The translations under genes and the position numbers were made by a program. DNA of 62,156 bases, the filler included, from an uncultured bacterium (GTDB lineage: Bacteria; DAOPZR01): the NCBI GenBank assembly GCA_964637655.1. It is 4 parts of 4 records of this genome, joined end to end, with 100 filler letters (N's around TTAATTAATTAA, not from the genome) between each part and the next. Parts side by side here need not be neighbours in the genome. Positions count along the whole stretch, not along the records: positions 1 to 15,717 come from CAZWUZ010000055.1; positions 15,818 to 31,424 come from CAZWUZ010000056.1; 2 more parts are not named here. One strand, given 5' to 3'. Under the pieces are notes generated by a model. It made no database searches, was not told the origin of the DNA, and was given only the letters and a program-made list of their open reading frames with translations. Below are positions 11,594 to 21,110 of the stretch, one piece after another. Within the stretch, counting starts at the first letter, position 1. Every line of letters begins with the position of its first letter.

Positions 11594-13348
11594 ATGAACA
11601 TCCTCGGCATCTCCTGCTACTATCATGATGCGGCGGCCTGCCTGATCCGTGACGGCAAGGTTGTCGCGGCGGCGCAGGAGGAGCGGTTCACGCGCAAGCG
11701 GCACGACCCGGAATTTCCGCAACGGGCGGTGCAGTACTGCCTGCGGCAGGCGGGACTGACGGTCAAAGATATCGATTACGTCGGCTTTTACGACAAGCCG
11801 CTGATCAAGTTCGAGCGCCTGCTGCAGACCTATCTGGCGGTCTGGCCGAAGGGCTGGGAATCGTTCCGCATCGCCATGCCCGACTGGCTGAAGCGCAAGA
11901 TCCGCATCCCGCAGGTCATCCGCCAGGAACTGGGGTATGACGGCGAAGTGCTGATGATCGAGCATCACCTGGCGCATGCCGCGTCGACGTTTTTCTGCTC
12001 ACCGTTCAGCGAGGCGGCGGTACTGACGGTGGACGGGGTGGGCGAGTGGGCGACAACGACCTGCGGCACGGGGGAAGGCAACGACCTGCGCATCATGCAG
12101 GAGATCGATTTCCCGCATTCGCTCGGGCTGCTCTACTCGGCGTTTACCTACTACCTCGGTTTCAAGGTCAATTCGGCGGAATACAAGGTGATGGGCCTGG
12201 CGCCGTACGGCAAGCCCGTCTACTACGACAAAATCATGGGGAACCTGATCAAGGTGGCGGCAGACGGGTCATACTGGATGGACCAGTCGTATTTCGCCTA
12301 CACGCACGGACTGGTGATGACCACCCCGAAATTCCACGACCTGTTCGGCGCGCCGCCGGTACCGCCGGAAACGCGCCCGACGCAGCGCGAGATGGACCTG
12401 GCGGCATCGTTGCAGCAGGTGACGGACGAAATCATGCTCAAGCTGGCGCGCGGACTGCGCGCCTCCTCGGGGAAGCCCAACCTCTGCCTGGCGGGGGGCG
12501 TGGCGCTGAACTGCGTGGCCAACGCGAAAATCCTCGAGGCGAAGATTTTCGACAACATCTTCATCAAGCCGGCGGCGGGTGACGCGGGCGGGGCGCTGGG
12601 GGTGGCGCTGTACATCGACCATGCGCTGCTGCGCACGGCGCGCGGCCCGGGGCTCAATGACGTTTATTTCGGCCCGGAATTCGCCGACGACGAAATTGAG
12701 GCTTATCTGACGAAGAACCAGATTGCCTATACGAAGCACGGGCGCGAAGAATTGCTGGAGCGGACGGCGCAGCTGATCAGCGAGCAGGCGGTTATCGGCT
12801 GGCACCAGGGGCGGATGGAATTCGGGCCGCGCGCGCTGGGCAACCGCAGCATCATCGCCGACGCGCGCAACAAGGAAAACTGGCAGCGGGTGAACCTGAA
12901 AATCAAGTACCGCGAGTCGTTCCGTCCGTTTGCCCCCTCGGTGCTCGAAGACAAGGTGGGGGAGTACTTCGCCATCGACGTGCCCTCGCCTTACATGCTG
13001 CTGACGGCACAGGTGCACGACCGCATTCAGCAGGACCCGGTGAAGGCGATCCCGGCGGTGACGCACGTGGACGGCTCGGCGCGACTGCAGACGGTGAGCC
13101 GCGCGCAGAACGCGCTGTATTACGACCTGATCAAAAAATTCGAGGAGAAGACCGGGTGCGCGGTGATCATCAACACCTCGTTCAACGTGCGCGGCGAGCC
13201 GATCGTCTGCACCCCGCACGACGCCTACCTCTGCTTCATGCGCACGGAGATGGACTACCTGGTGGTCGGCAGTTTCATACTCGACAAAAAGCAGATGCAG
13301 CCGCTGCGCGAGGACATCAACTGGCGCGACGTGTACCAGCTCGATTAG
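11594..13348 (+). CDS. O-carbamoyltransferase (NodU/CmcH/SxtI family)
   Basis: ILGISCYYHDAAA, QEERFTR, EHHLAHAAS, DGVGE, EYKVMGLAPYG, EFGPRALGNRS, RESFRPFAP and NTSFNVRGEP. Confidence 0.93.
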   Translation: MNILGISCYYHDAAACLIRDGKVVAAAQEERFTRKRHDPEFPQRAVQYCLRQAGLTVKDIDYVGFYDKPLIKFERLLQTYLAVWPKGWESFRIAMPDWLKRKIRIPQVIRQELGYDGEVLMIEHHLAHAASTFFCSPFSEAAVLTVDGVGEWATTTCGTGEGNDLRIMQEIDFPHSLGLLYSAFTYYLGFKVNSAEYKVMGLAPYGKPVYYDKIMGNLIKVAADGSYWMDQSYFAYTHGLVMTTPKFHDLFGAPPVPPETRPTQREMDLAASLQQVTDEIMLKLARGLRASSGKPNLCLAGGVALNCVANAKILEAKIFDNIFIKPAAGDAGGALGVALYIDHALLRTARGPGLNDVYFGPEFADDEIEAYLTKNQIAYTKHGREELLERTAQLISEQAVIGWHQGRMEFGPRALGNRSIIADARNKENWQRVNLKIKYRESFRPFAPSVLEDKVGEYFAIDVPSPYMLLTAQVHDRIQQDPVKAIPAVTHVDGSARLQTVSRAQNALYYDLIKKFEEKTGCAVIINTSFNVRGEPIVCTPHDAYLCFMRTEMDYLVVGSFILDKKQMQPLREDINWRDVYQLD

Positions 13349-13358
13349 GACGGTAACC

Positions 13359-13508
13359 ATGCAACTCATCCGGGAATTCGCCGCGTTTCTCTGGGAACGC
13401 AAACTCTGGTGGATGGCGCCCATCGTCATAGTGCTGCTGGCGCTGAGTGCGCTCATCGTCTTTACCCAGGGCTCATCGCTGGCACCCTTCATCTACGCCG
13501 TGTTCTAA
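13359..13508 (+). CDS. DUF5989/SxtK-family small protein (49 aa, missing from the ORF track)
   Basis: Translates as MQLIREFAAFLWERKLWWMAPIVIVLLALSALIVFTQGSSLAPFIYAVF, with an AGGA SD upstream. Confidence 0.85.
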   Translation: MQLIREFAAFLWERKLWWMAPIVIVLLALSALIVFTQGSSLAPFIYAVF

Positions 13509-13514
13509 CCCCTG

Positions 13515-14042
13515 ATGGGCGAGGCGGGAACCGCACCGCGGGTACTGCCGCTGCTGGCGCTGTTCTCTCCTGACCGGGAACTGCTGCGCGCGGAGGGGGA
13601 ACGCTGGCTGGCGGCGCATGGCGGTCTGTTCGCGCGGTTCGGCCCCTATCCCTTCACGGTCAGCACCTACTATCATGACGAACTGGGCGGGGAACCGCAC
13701 AAGGAGCTTCTCGTCGGGGCACAGCCCTGCGCGGCGGATTTTCTGGCTGCGGCCAAGGGTGCGGGCAACGCGCGCGAGCGGGCACTGGCGGCGGACGGGC
13801 GGCGGCGTATCAACCTCGACCCGGGGTGGCTCGACGGGGAACAACTGGTGCTGGCGACGACCAAGCGGGCGGGACACCGCCTCTACCTGCGTGACGGCAT
13901 CTATGCCGAGGTGACGCTGCAGCATCATCACGGGGCATGGCAGGCGGCACGGTGGACCTATCCGGACTTTCGTGATGACGCAGTGCGGGCGTGGCTGCAG
14001 GCGCTGCGGGGGCAGGTGCGCGCGCGGCTGGCGGACGCATGA
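13515..14042 (+). CDS. DUF4416-family protein
   Basis: STYYHDELG, RRINLDPGW, LVLATTK, HRLYLRDGIYAE and WTYPDF. Confidence 0.8.
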   Translation: MGEAGTAPRVLPLLALFSPDRELLRAEGERWLAAHGGLFARFGPYPFTVSTYYHDELGGEPHKELLVGAQPCAADFLAAAKGAGNARERALAADGRRRINLDPGWLDGEQLVLATTKRAGHRLYLRDGIYAEVTLQHHHGAWQAARWTYPDFRDDAVRAWLQALRGQVRARLADA

Positions 14043-14677
14043 AAAAGCACGCACGGTTGCTGCTGCTGCTGGCCTGCGTGCTGGCGGGGTGTGCCATTGC
14101 GGGGCAGGGTGTGTATCACCGCGTGCAGCGCGGGGAGACGGTCTGGGGACTGGCGCGGCTGTATGAACTGGAACCGGCGCGCATCCTGCGCTACAACAGC
14201 ATCCGCGATCCTGACCGGCTGCAGGCGGGTGACGAACTGTTTATCGTCGGGGCGACGCGGGTGCGGCGCGGGAATACGACGGGCAGCCCCCCGCGTCCGG
14301 CGGCGACGCTGCCGGCGCTGACGCTGCAGTGGCCGGTGGCGGGCGCGGTGACACAGACGTTCGGACGGCACGGGCAGATTTTCAACAACGGCGTTGACCT
14401 GGCGGCAGCGGCGGGAACGACGGTGCACGCGGCGAGTGCAGGAACCGTGGCCTACATCGGCGGGATGCAGGGACTCGGGACGGTGGTGCTCGTCGAGCAC
14501 GGGCGCGGTTTTCTGACGGTGTACGCGCGACTGGGCGTGGTGAGCGTGCAGCAGGATGCGCGCGTGGCGGCGGGGGCGGCGGTCGGCAGCGTCGGGAATA
14601 TGGGGCGCGGCCTGCATTTCGAGGTGCGGCATCAGGGTGAACCGCATGACCCGCAGCGGTTCCTGCCGCGACGGTGA
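14039..14677 (+). CDS. LysM plus M23-family lipoprotein (NlpD-like)
   Basis: Lipobox LAGC, LysM YHRVQRGET, and M23 motifs NNGVD...LHFEVR with degenerate Zn ligands. Confidence 0.85.
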   Translation: MKKHARLLLLLACVLAGCAIAGQGVYHRVQRGETVWGLARLYELEPARILRYNSIRDPDRLQAGDELFIVGATRVRRGNTTGSPPRPAATLPALTLQWPVAGAVTQTFGRHGQIFNNGVDLAAAAGTTVHAASAGTVAYIGGMQGLGTVVLVEHGRGFLTVYARLGVVSVQQDARVAAGAAVGSVGNMGRGLHFEVRHQGEPHDPQRFLPRR

Positions 14678-14892
14678 AGGCGGCGTATGCCACAGATTAT
14701 TTTCCCGGTTGCCTGCCGTCAGGCAGGCGGCAATCCCTACCACCAACCGGCAAACGGCAACACCTGAAAAAACAGACATACCGATATAAAAAGAGATGCC
14801 GTGATACAGTTTATGTGTTAGTTTTAGAATTCCTCCCACTTTTCCAATATCGCATAACCTACTGAAAATCGGGAAAAAACAATAAATTTCGC

Positions 14893-14956
14893 TTGACATA
14901 CTGCCTGTTTTATGGGTATAATCGAGCAATGTTGGGAAAAAGTGGGATGAAGTGGT
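14893..14956 (+). promoter_or_regulatory. dcw/mraZ promoter with MraZ boxes
   Basis: TTGACA-N18-TATAAT (14893-14922) followed by TTGGG, GTGGG and GTGGT at a 10-bp period (14932, 14942, 14952). Confidence 0.8.
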
Positions 14957-15001
14957 AAACGGTCTGCGCACGGTGCGCGGCAGAGAGGGGGAGCGACAAC
15001 G

Positions 15002-15436
15002 GTGCTGATGCTCGGTAATTTTCTGCGCAAGCTCGACAGCAAGAACCGGCTCGTCCTCCCGGCGACGCTGCGGCGCGCCCTGCCGCAGGCGGGGAGCGAG
15101 GTGGTGCTGACGCGCGGCCTCGACCCGTGTCTTTACCTGATCACCAGCGACTACTGGCAGACCTACGTGAGCAATCTCGTCGCCGACCTGTCGGACCGTT
15201 CCGTCGAGCGGCGTGCGCTGGTGCACCGGCTCGCCTCGCAGGCGGAGAGTTTTGCGCTCGACAAGGTGGGGCGCATCCTGCTGCCGTCGTCGCTGAAAGA
15301 GGCGGCGGGCATCCGGCAGGAGGCGATGGTTGTCGGGGTGGTGGACCGCATCGAACTGTGGGAACCGGCGGCGTGGCGCCGCTACCTGGCGGGGGTGGAG
15401 CAGCGCATCGGGGCGGCGCTGCCGGGCGACGGTTGA
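15002..15436 (+). CDS. mraZ: Transcriptional regulator MraZ
   Basis: [29 protein letters not shown] and DRIELW. Precedes rsmH. Confidence 0.9.
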   Translation: MLMLGNFLRKLDSKNRLVLPATLRRALPQAGSEVVLTRGLDPCLYLITSDYWQTYVSNLVADLSDRSVERRALVHRLASQAESFALDKVGRILLPSSLKEAAGIRQEAMVVGVVDRIELWEPAAWRRYLAGVEQRIGAALPGDG

Positions 15437-15458
15437 GTTGGCGGCGGTACGTGCCGAT

Positions 15459-15717
15459 ATGAAGAGCAGCGTGTCACCCGGCCATGTGCCGGTGCTCTGC
15501 GCGCGGGTGACGGAACTGCTGGTGACGGACCCGGCGGGCACCTACGTCGACGGGACACTGGGCGGCGGCGGGCACAGCGCGGCGCTGCTGGCGCGGGTCA
15601 CGGGTCCGGTCGTCGGCATCGACCGCGATCCCGAGGCGGTGGCGGCGGCGGCGGCGCGGCTGGCGGCACACGTGAATTTCCGCGCGGTGCCGGGCGACTG
15701 GCGGCAGGCGTGGCGTA
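15459..15717 (+). CDS. rsmH: 16S rRNA m4C1402 methyltransferase (3' truncated at contig end)
   Basis: [16 protein letters not shown] and GIDRDP. Confidence 0.9.
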
Positions 15718-15817
15718 NNNNNNNNNNNNNNNNNNNNNNNNNNNNNNNNNNNNNNNNNNNNTTAATTAATTAANNNNNNNNNNNNNNNNNNNNNNNNNNN
15801 NNNNNNNNNNNNNNNNN
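15718..15817. other. Artificial contig linker
   Basis: N run containing TTAATTAATTAA (stops in all frames). Confidence 0.95.
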
Positions 15818-15858
15818 TTGGCGTCAGCATGTTCGATAACCACGAGAAACCGATGCAT
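15818..15858 (-). CDS. hicB: HicB antitoxin, N-terminal fragment
   Basis: MHRFLVVIEHADA. ATG overlaps the hicA TAA and a GGAGG SD precedes it. Cut by the contig end. Confidence 0.65.
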
Positions 15859-16052
15859 TATTTCGCCTCCTTGAGGCCAGACTGTTTGAGGATGCTGTTG
15901 AGTGTTCCCGGCGCCAAATCAGCACCGGGATGCCCGGCAATGGTGACACGGCCCGGCTTGTGCGGGTGCTTGAATTGACGGTGACTTCCCTTGATGCAAA
16001 CCTGTAGCCACCCGTCTTCTTCTATACGTTTGAGAATGTCCCGTACTTTCAC
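15858..16052 (-). CDS. hicA: HicA toxin
   Basis: MKVRDILKRIEEDGW..KGSHRQFKHPHKPGRVTIAGHPGADLAPGTLNSILKQSGLK. TTGACG-N17-TATACT lies 6 nt upstream of the GTG. Confidence 0.9.
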   Translation of the reverse strand: MKVRDILKRIEEDGWLQVCIKGSHRQFKHPHKPGRVTIAGHPGADLAPGTLNSILKQSGLKEAK

Positions 16053-16197
16053 GCCAACAGTATAGCGCGTCATGAGTATAACGTCAAGCGTTGCATATCT
16101 CATTGACGGACAAAGGGATGCTTGGCAAACCAGACGAAACTTGCGGAAAAATGAAAAATGTGGTAGAATCCGCGCGTATACATGGCCGCAGCAGCGG

Positions 16198-16250
16198 TCC
16201 ACTCTCTGCCCGGTTCTCTGCAGGACCGGGCCGACAGACCGAAGGGAGGC
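16198..16250 (+). ncRNA. S6:S18 ribosomal protein leader (autoregulatory RNA)
   Basis: CTCTCTGCCCGGT..GACCGGGCCG..AGACC..AAGGGAGG hairpin that sequesters the SD, with an unpaired CCG, upstream of rpsF. Confidence 0.65.
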
Positions 16251-16256
16251 AGCAGA

Positions 16257-16775
16257 ATGAATCTGTATGAAGTCGTGGTGATCCTCAACCCCGCACTCAC
16301 GGGGGAGGGGAAGGATGCCCTGCTCGGCATCATCAAGGAAGTGAGCAACGCGCACGGTGGCGACATCGTGCGTACCGACGACTGGGGCGAGAAGCGCCTG
16401 CAGTTCCAGATCGGCCGGCACACCCAGGGACATTACTATCTGGTCTATGCCACGGCGTCGTCCGACGCGGTCAAGGAACTCGACCGCCGGCTGCGCCTCA
16501 AGGAGGACGTCATCCGTTTCATGACCGTCCGCCGGCCCATCGACTACTTCGAGCAGCAGAAGGCGCGCGAAGAGCGCATCGTGCAGAAGAAGATCGAGGC
16601 CGAGGAACGGGCGCGGGTGAAGGCGGAAGCGGCAGCGGCAGCAGCGGCGAAGTCCGAAGCGCGTTCGGCACCGCGGGCGGAAGCGGCACCTGCACCGGTC
16701 GCGGCACCGGCCCCGGCAGCGCCGGCGGCAGCCACTGAGGGAGGGAACAATGGCGAACCTGCGGTCACTCAATAA
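16257..16775 (+). CDS. rpsF: 30S ribosomal protein S6 with a long Ala/Pro-rich tail
   Basis: MNLYEVVVILNP, DWGEKRLQF, GHYYL and EDVIRFM. Confidence 0.93.
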   Translation: MNLYEVVVILNPALTGEGKDALLGIIKEVSNAHGGDIVRTDDWGEKRLQFQIGRHTQGHYYLVYATASSDAVKELDRRLRLKEDVIRFMTVRRPIDYFEQQKAREERIVQKKIEAEERARVKAEAAAAAAAKSEARSAPRAEAAPAPVAAPAPAAPAAATEGGNNGEPAVTQ

Positions 16776-17166
16776 GGTATTCCTGCTCGGCAACCTGACG
16801 CGCGAGCCCGAACTGAAGTACACGGGGACGGGGACGGCGGTGGTGAAACTCGGCCTCGCGGTCAACCGGCGCTTCAAGGTGCAGGGCGAATGGAAGGAAG
16901 AGCCGCTGTTCATCGATGTCGACGTCTGGGGCAAGCAGGCGGAGAACATCGCCAACTACTGCAAGAAGGGGAGCGGGGTGCTCGTCGAGGGTTCGCTGCG
17001 CCTGGACCAGTGGGAGAAGGACGGCGAGAAGCGCAGCAAAATCAAGGTGACGGCAGACCGCGTGCAGTTCGCGGATGACCGCAAGGCCGACGGTACGGGC
17101 GGCGGCGTCGCCGAGCCCGCGTCAGGCGCAGCAACCGACAACGTCGAAGAGGAGCCTTTCCACTAA
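16750..17166 (+). CDS. ssb: Single-stranded DNA-binding protein
   Basis: [29 protein letters not shown] and an acidic tail. Confidence 0.95.
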   Translation: MANLRSLNKVFLLGNLTREPELKYTGTGTAVVKLGLAVNRRFKVQGEWKEEPLFIDVDVWGKQAENIANYCKKGSGVLVEGSLRLDQWEKDGEKRSKIKVTADRVQFADDRKADGTGGGVAEPASGAATDNVEEEPFH

Positions 17167-17465
17167 TGGCTGAGAGAGAAACCCGCAGCGGCGGCGGCCA
17201 CAGCCGCGGACCGCGTGACCGTGACAAGGAAGGCGGCGGCGGCAAGTTCCGCCGGTTCCGCCGCAAGAAGGTCTGCATTTTCTGCAAGGACCCGGAAATC
17301 GACATCGACTTCAAGCAGCTCGACCTGCTGAAACGCTACGTCTCCGACCGCGGGCGCATCTTCCCGCGCCGGCGCTCGGGCAACTGCGCCAAGCATCAGC
17401 GCGCCATTGCCGAGTGCGTGAAGAAGGCGCGGTTCGTCGCTCTGCTGCCGTACGTCGCTGAATAA
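17166..17465 (+). CDS. rpsR: 30S ribosomal protein S18 (Zn-binding form)
   Basis: [21 protein letters not shown] and GNCAKHQR. Confidence 0.95.
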   Translation: MAERETRSGGGHSRGPRDRDKEGGGGKFRRFRRKKVCIFCKDPEIDIDFKQLDLLKRYVSDRGRIFPRRRSGNCAKHQRAIAECVKKARFVALLPYVAE

Positions 17466-17478
17466 CGCCCGCGGGCGG

Positions 17479-18447
17479 GTGCCCGCGCTGGTCGACGGCG
17501 CGTTCTTCGCGGCGTTGACCGTCGCGCTCTACCTGCTGCGCGAGCTGGTCCCGGTGGCCGGCATCGTCGGCGACCTGTTCGGCCCGGCGCCCCTGATCTA
17601 CGTCGGGGTGCGCCACGGCCTGCGCGTCAGTTTCCTCGCCACGCTGGTGGCGGCGGTGGTGCTGGCGGCGGTCAGCCCGCTCTTTGCGGGGCTGTTCCTC
17701 TGCCTGTTCGGCCTGCCCGCGCTGGCGCTGGGTGAGGCCATCCGCCGCGGCTGGGGCTGGGGCGCGGCGACGGTGCTCGGCGCCATCGTCGCGCTGGCGA
17801 TGACAGCGCCCACGTACGAGATGTACCGTATGTGGGCGGACGGCGACCCGGCGGCGAAACTGGCGCAGGTGTACGACCGCACGGTCGAGCAGTTCATCAT
17901 GCAGGCGGAGCAGTCGCCCGACGCGGCGACGCGGCAGGCGGCGGCAACCATCCGCGCCTGGAAGTTCCTGCCGCTGGCGGCGAGTCCGGCGCTGTTTGCG
18001 TTCGGCACGCTGGCGCTGACGCTGCTCAATCTCGGGGCGGCGGTCTGGCTGCTGACGCGGCTCGGCTGGCGGCCGGCACAACTGCCGCCGCTGGGCCATC
18101 CGCGGCAGTGGCGCTGCTACGACGCCTGCCTCGGCGGGCTGGCGCTGGGCGGCGCGCTGCTGCTCAACGACCGCACGCAGCAGCCGTGGCTCTGGGTGCT
18201 GGGGCTGAACCTGGCGCTCTTTTTCGGGCTGCTCTACCTGCTGCAGGGATTGGCGGTGGTCGGGCACTGGTTCGACCGCTACCGGGTGCATCCGCTGCTG
18301 CGCCTGGCGGGCATTGTGCTGATCGTGCTGCAGCTGCCGCTGCTCATGGCGACGCTGCTGCTCGGGGTTGCTGATACCTGGCTTGATTTCCGCCGTCCGG
18401 CCGGCCCGCAGCCGCCGCCGCGCGGCGGCGGGGGAGGGACACCATGA
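17479..18447 (+). CDS. YybS/DUF2232 membrane protein
   Basis: Polytopic membrane protein with YLLQGLAV and LGVADTWLDFR, in the conserved position between rpsR and rplI. Confidence 0.8.
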   Translation: MPALVDGAFFAALTVALYLLRELVPVAGIVGDLFGPAPLIYVGVRHGLRVSFLATLVAAVVLAAVSPLFAGLFLCLFGLPALALGEAIRRGWGWGAATVLGAIVALAMTAPTYEMYRMWADGDPAAKLAQVYDRTVEQFIMQAEQSPDAATRQAAATIRAWKFLPLAASPALFAFGTLALTLLNLGAAVWLLTRLGWRPAQLPPLGHPRQWRCYDACLGGLALGGALLLNDRTQQPWLWVLGLNLALFFGLLYLLQGLAVVGHWFDRYRVHPLLRLAGIVLIVLQLPLLMATLLLGVADTWLDFRRPAGPQPPPRGGGGGTP

Positions 18448-18890
18448 AGGTCATCCTGCTGCAGGACGTGGCGAAGATCGGCCGCGCCGGTGAAGAACAC
18501 GATGTCAACGAGGGACACGCCCGCAACTACCTGATCCCGCGCGGCCTGGCGCAGGCGGCCACGCCCGGGATGGAGCGCGTCGTGCAGGAGAAGGCGGCAG
18601 CAAAAAAGCGCCAGCAGGAACAGGCGAAACAGGCGCGCCGCGACCTGGCGGCGAAACTCAAAAGCACAACCATCACCCTGACCCGGCGCAGCGCTGACGG
18701 CACCAAGCTGTTCGGCTCGGTCGCGGCCAAGGACATCGCCACGGCGCTGGCGGCGCAGGGGTTTGCCCTCGAGGCGCGCGCGCTGGAACTGAAGGAACCC
18801 ATCCGCACCACGGGCGCGCACCGCGTCACGGCCGCCCTCGGTGACGGGCTGGACGCGGAGTTCACGGTCACCGTCACGGCGGAGGCCTGA
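18444..18890 (+). CDS. rplI: 50S ribosomal protein L9
   Basis: MKVILLQDV, GHARNYLIPRGLA and KLFGSV. Confidence 0.95.
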   Translation: MKVILLQDVAKIGRAGEEHDVNEGHARNYLIPRGLAQAATPGMERVVQEKAAAKKRQQEQAKQARRDLAAKLKSTTITLTRRSADGTKLFGSVAAKDIATALAAQGFALEARALELKEPIRTTGAHRVTAALGDGLDAEFTVTVTAEA

Positions 18891-18891
18891 G

Positions 18892-20343
18892 ATGGCGGTG
18901 CAGAGCGCGCTGCCGCCGCGCAACCTCGAAGCGGAGCAGGCGCTGCTCGGCGCCATGCTCAAGTCGGAGCGCGCGGTCGCGGTGGCCATCGAGAACGTGC
19001 GCCAGACCGAGTGCTTCTACGACGACCGTCATCGCGTCCTCTACGACACGCTGCGCGAGATGTTCGCGCACAAGCGTTCCATCGACCTGACCACGGTGGC
19101 GGACGCGCTGCGCCAGCGGCGGCAGCTCGACGCCGTCGGCGGCACCCTCTACCTCTCGACGCTGCTCGAAAGCGTCCCCTCGGCGCTCAACGCCGACGAG
19201 TACGCGCGCATCGTGCGCGAAAAGCACCTGCTGCGCAAGCTCATCGGGGTCGGCCAGGAACTGACCGCCGGCGCCTACCGCGACACCGAAGAGGCGCAGG
19301 CGCTGATGAACACGGCGCAGAAGAACATCTGCGACCTCGCCTCGCAGGAGGACTCGACCCGCCTGTTCAGCGCCCGCGACCTCGTCCACGACGTGGTCGA
19401 GGAAATGGAACTGGTCTACAAGCACAAGGGGAGCCGTACGGGCGTGCGCACCGGCTTCGCCTGGCTCGACCACCACACGCGCGGCTTCCGCGGCGGCGAA
19501 CTGATCATCCTCGCGGCGCGCCCGTCGATGGGCAAGACGGCGCTGGCGCTCAACATCGCCACGCGCATCGCGCTCAACCGCGGCGAAAACGGCGAGAAAC
19601 TGCGCGACGACGACAAGCGCCTCCCGGTGCTTGTCTTCTCGCTGGAGATGTCGGCGGCGTCGCTGCTCACCCGCGTCATCTGCAGCGAGGCGCGGGTCGA
19701 CTGGGGCCGCCTCAACCGCGGGGTCGCCGACCCCAACGCCTTCGTGCGCATCACCGACGTCGCCTCCTGGCTGATGGAGAGCGACCTGCACATCAACGAC
19801 GCGTCGCTGATGACCCCGCTGGAGATCTCCGCGCAGGCGCGGCGGCTGGCGACGGACAAGGGGCAGCTCGGGCTGATTGTCATCGACTACCTGCAGCTGA
19901 TGCAGGCGGATGCCGCGGGCGGGCGGCGCGGAGCGCAGGAGAACCGCCAGCAGGAGATTTCGACCATCTCGCGCCAGCTCAAGGCACTGGCCCGCGACCT
20001 CAACGTCCCCGTGCTCGTCCTCTCGCAGCTCAGCCGGCAGGTGGAGCGGCGCGACGAGAAGCGCCCGCAGCTCTCCGACCTGCGCGAGTCGGGCGCCATC
20101 GAGCAGGACGCCGACCTGGTGCTCATGCTCTACCGCGAGGAGTACTACCTGCGCCAGCAGAACAAGATGGTGCCGCCCGATGTCGAGGGAACGGCGGAAC
20201 TGGCCATCGCCAAGCAGCGCAGCGGGCGTGCCGGCATCAGCGGCACGCTCACCTTCCACGGCCAGTACACGCGTTTCGAGACGCGCGAGATTCCGCAGGA
20301 GGAGCACCCCGAGGCGGAGTTCGTCACGGAGGAGCAGGGATGA
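18892..20343 (+). CDS. dnaB: Replicative DNA helicase
   Basis: PPRNLEAEQALLG, AARPSMGKT, FSLEMS, IDYLQL and DLRESGAIEQDAD. No intein. Confidence 0.96.
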   Translation: MAVQSALPPRNLEAEQALLGAMLKSERAVAVAIENVRQTECFYDDRHRVLYDTLREMFAHKRSIDLTTVADALRQRRQLDAVGGTLYLSTLLESVPSALNADEYARIVREKHLLRKLIGVGQELTAGAYRDTEEAQALMNTAQKNICDLASQEDSTRLFSARDLVHDVVEEMELVYKHKGSRTGVRTGFAWLDHHTRGFRGGELIILAARPSMGKTALALNIATRIALNRGENGEKLRDDDKRLPVLVFSLEMSAASLLTRVICSEARVDWGRLNRGVADPNAFVRITDVASWLMESDLHINDASLMTPLEISAQARRLATDKGQLGLIVIDYLQLMQADAAGGRRGAQENRQQEISTISRQLKALARDLNVPVLVLSQLSRQVERRDEKRPQLSDLRESGAIEQDADLVLMLYREEYYLRQQNKMVPPDVEGTAELAIAKQRSGRAGISGTLTFHGQYTRFETREIPQEEHPEAEFVTEEQG

Positions 20344-21110
20344 ATCCCGCGCTGCTGCCGGCGCCGGTGCGCGGGTTTATCGAAGCGACGGGCGACTTCG
20401 CGCTGCTCACGCGCGACACCGCGCGCAGCGCGCTGGTCCGTCCCTTCCGCCACGGCGAGGTGGTGCGGCAGATGTACCTCGCCGGGGTGAAATCGATGCC
20501 CATCGCGCTGGTGACCGCGCTGTTCACCGGCATGGTGCTCGCCCTGCAGACCGCCTACCAGCTCAAGAAGTTCGGGGCGGAGATTTACGTCGGCGGCATC
20601 GTCGGCCTGTCGATGGCGCGCGAACTGGGCCCGGTGCTCACCGGGCTGATGGTCGCGGGCCGCGTCGGGGCGGGGATGGCGGCGAATCTCGGCACCATGG
20701 CGGTCACCGAGCAGCTCGACGCGCTGCGCACCATGGGGACCGACCCGGTGAAATACCTCGTGCTGCCGCGCACCCTGGCGCTGGCGCTGATGCTCCCCGT
20801 ACTCACCATCTATGCCGACCTGGTCGGCTGTCTCAGCGGCTATTTCGTCAGCACGGTCTCGCTCGGCATCAACGGCGACATGTACATCAACACCGCCACC
20901 GACATCGTCCGGGTGAGCGACGTGCTCAACGGCCTCATCAAGTCAGCGGTCTTCGGCGCGCTCATCGCGCTGGCCGGGTGCCATGCAGGACTCACCTGCC
21001 GCGGCGGGGCGGAAGGGGTGGGGCTGGCGACGACTAAGGCCGTCGTGCTCGCCTGCATGCTTATCCTCGCGGCCAACTACTTCCTTACCGCGCTGATGGC
21101 GAACCTGTGA
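20340..21110 (+). CDS. mlaE: MlaE-family ABC permease
   Basis: RELGPVLTGLMVAGRVGA, EQLDAL and GAEGVGLATT. Confidence 0.9.
   Translation: MNPALLPAPVRGFIEATGDFALLTRDTARSALVRPFRHGEVVRQMYLAGVKSMPIALVTALFTGMVLALQTAYQLKKFGAEIYVGGIVGLSMARELGPVLTGLMVAGRVGAGMAANLGTMAVTEQLDALRTMGTDPVKYLVLPRTLALALMLPVLTIYADLVGCLSGYFVSTVSLGINGDMYINTATDIVRVSDVLNGLIKSAVFGALIALAGCHAGLTCRGGAEGVGLATTKAVVLACMLILAANYFLTALMANL

Noticed and set aside
11170-13508. Saxitoxin biosynthesis cluster
   Set aside because: Only the widespread sxtI/J/K-like genes are present, with no sxtA, sxtG or other core genes.
15858-16955. 365-aa minus-strand ORF as a fused or extended HicA
   Set aside because: The upstream part is antisense to rpsF-ssb. 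HicA starts at GTG 16052 with its own promoter.
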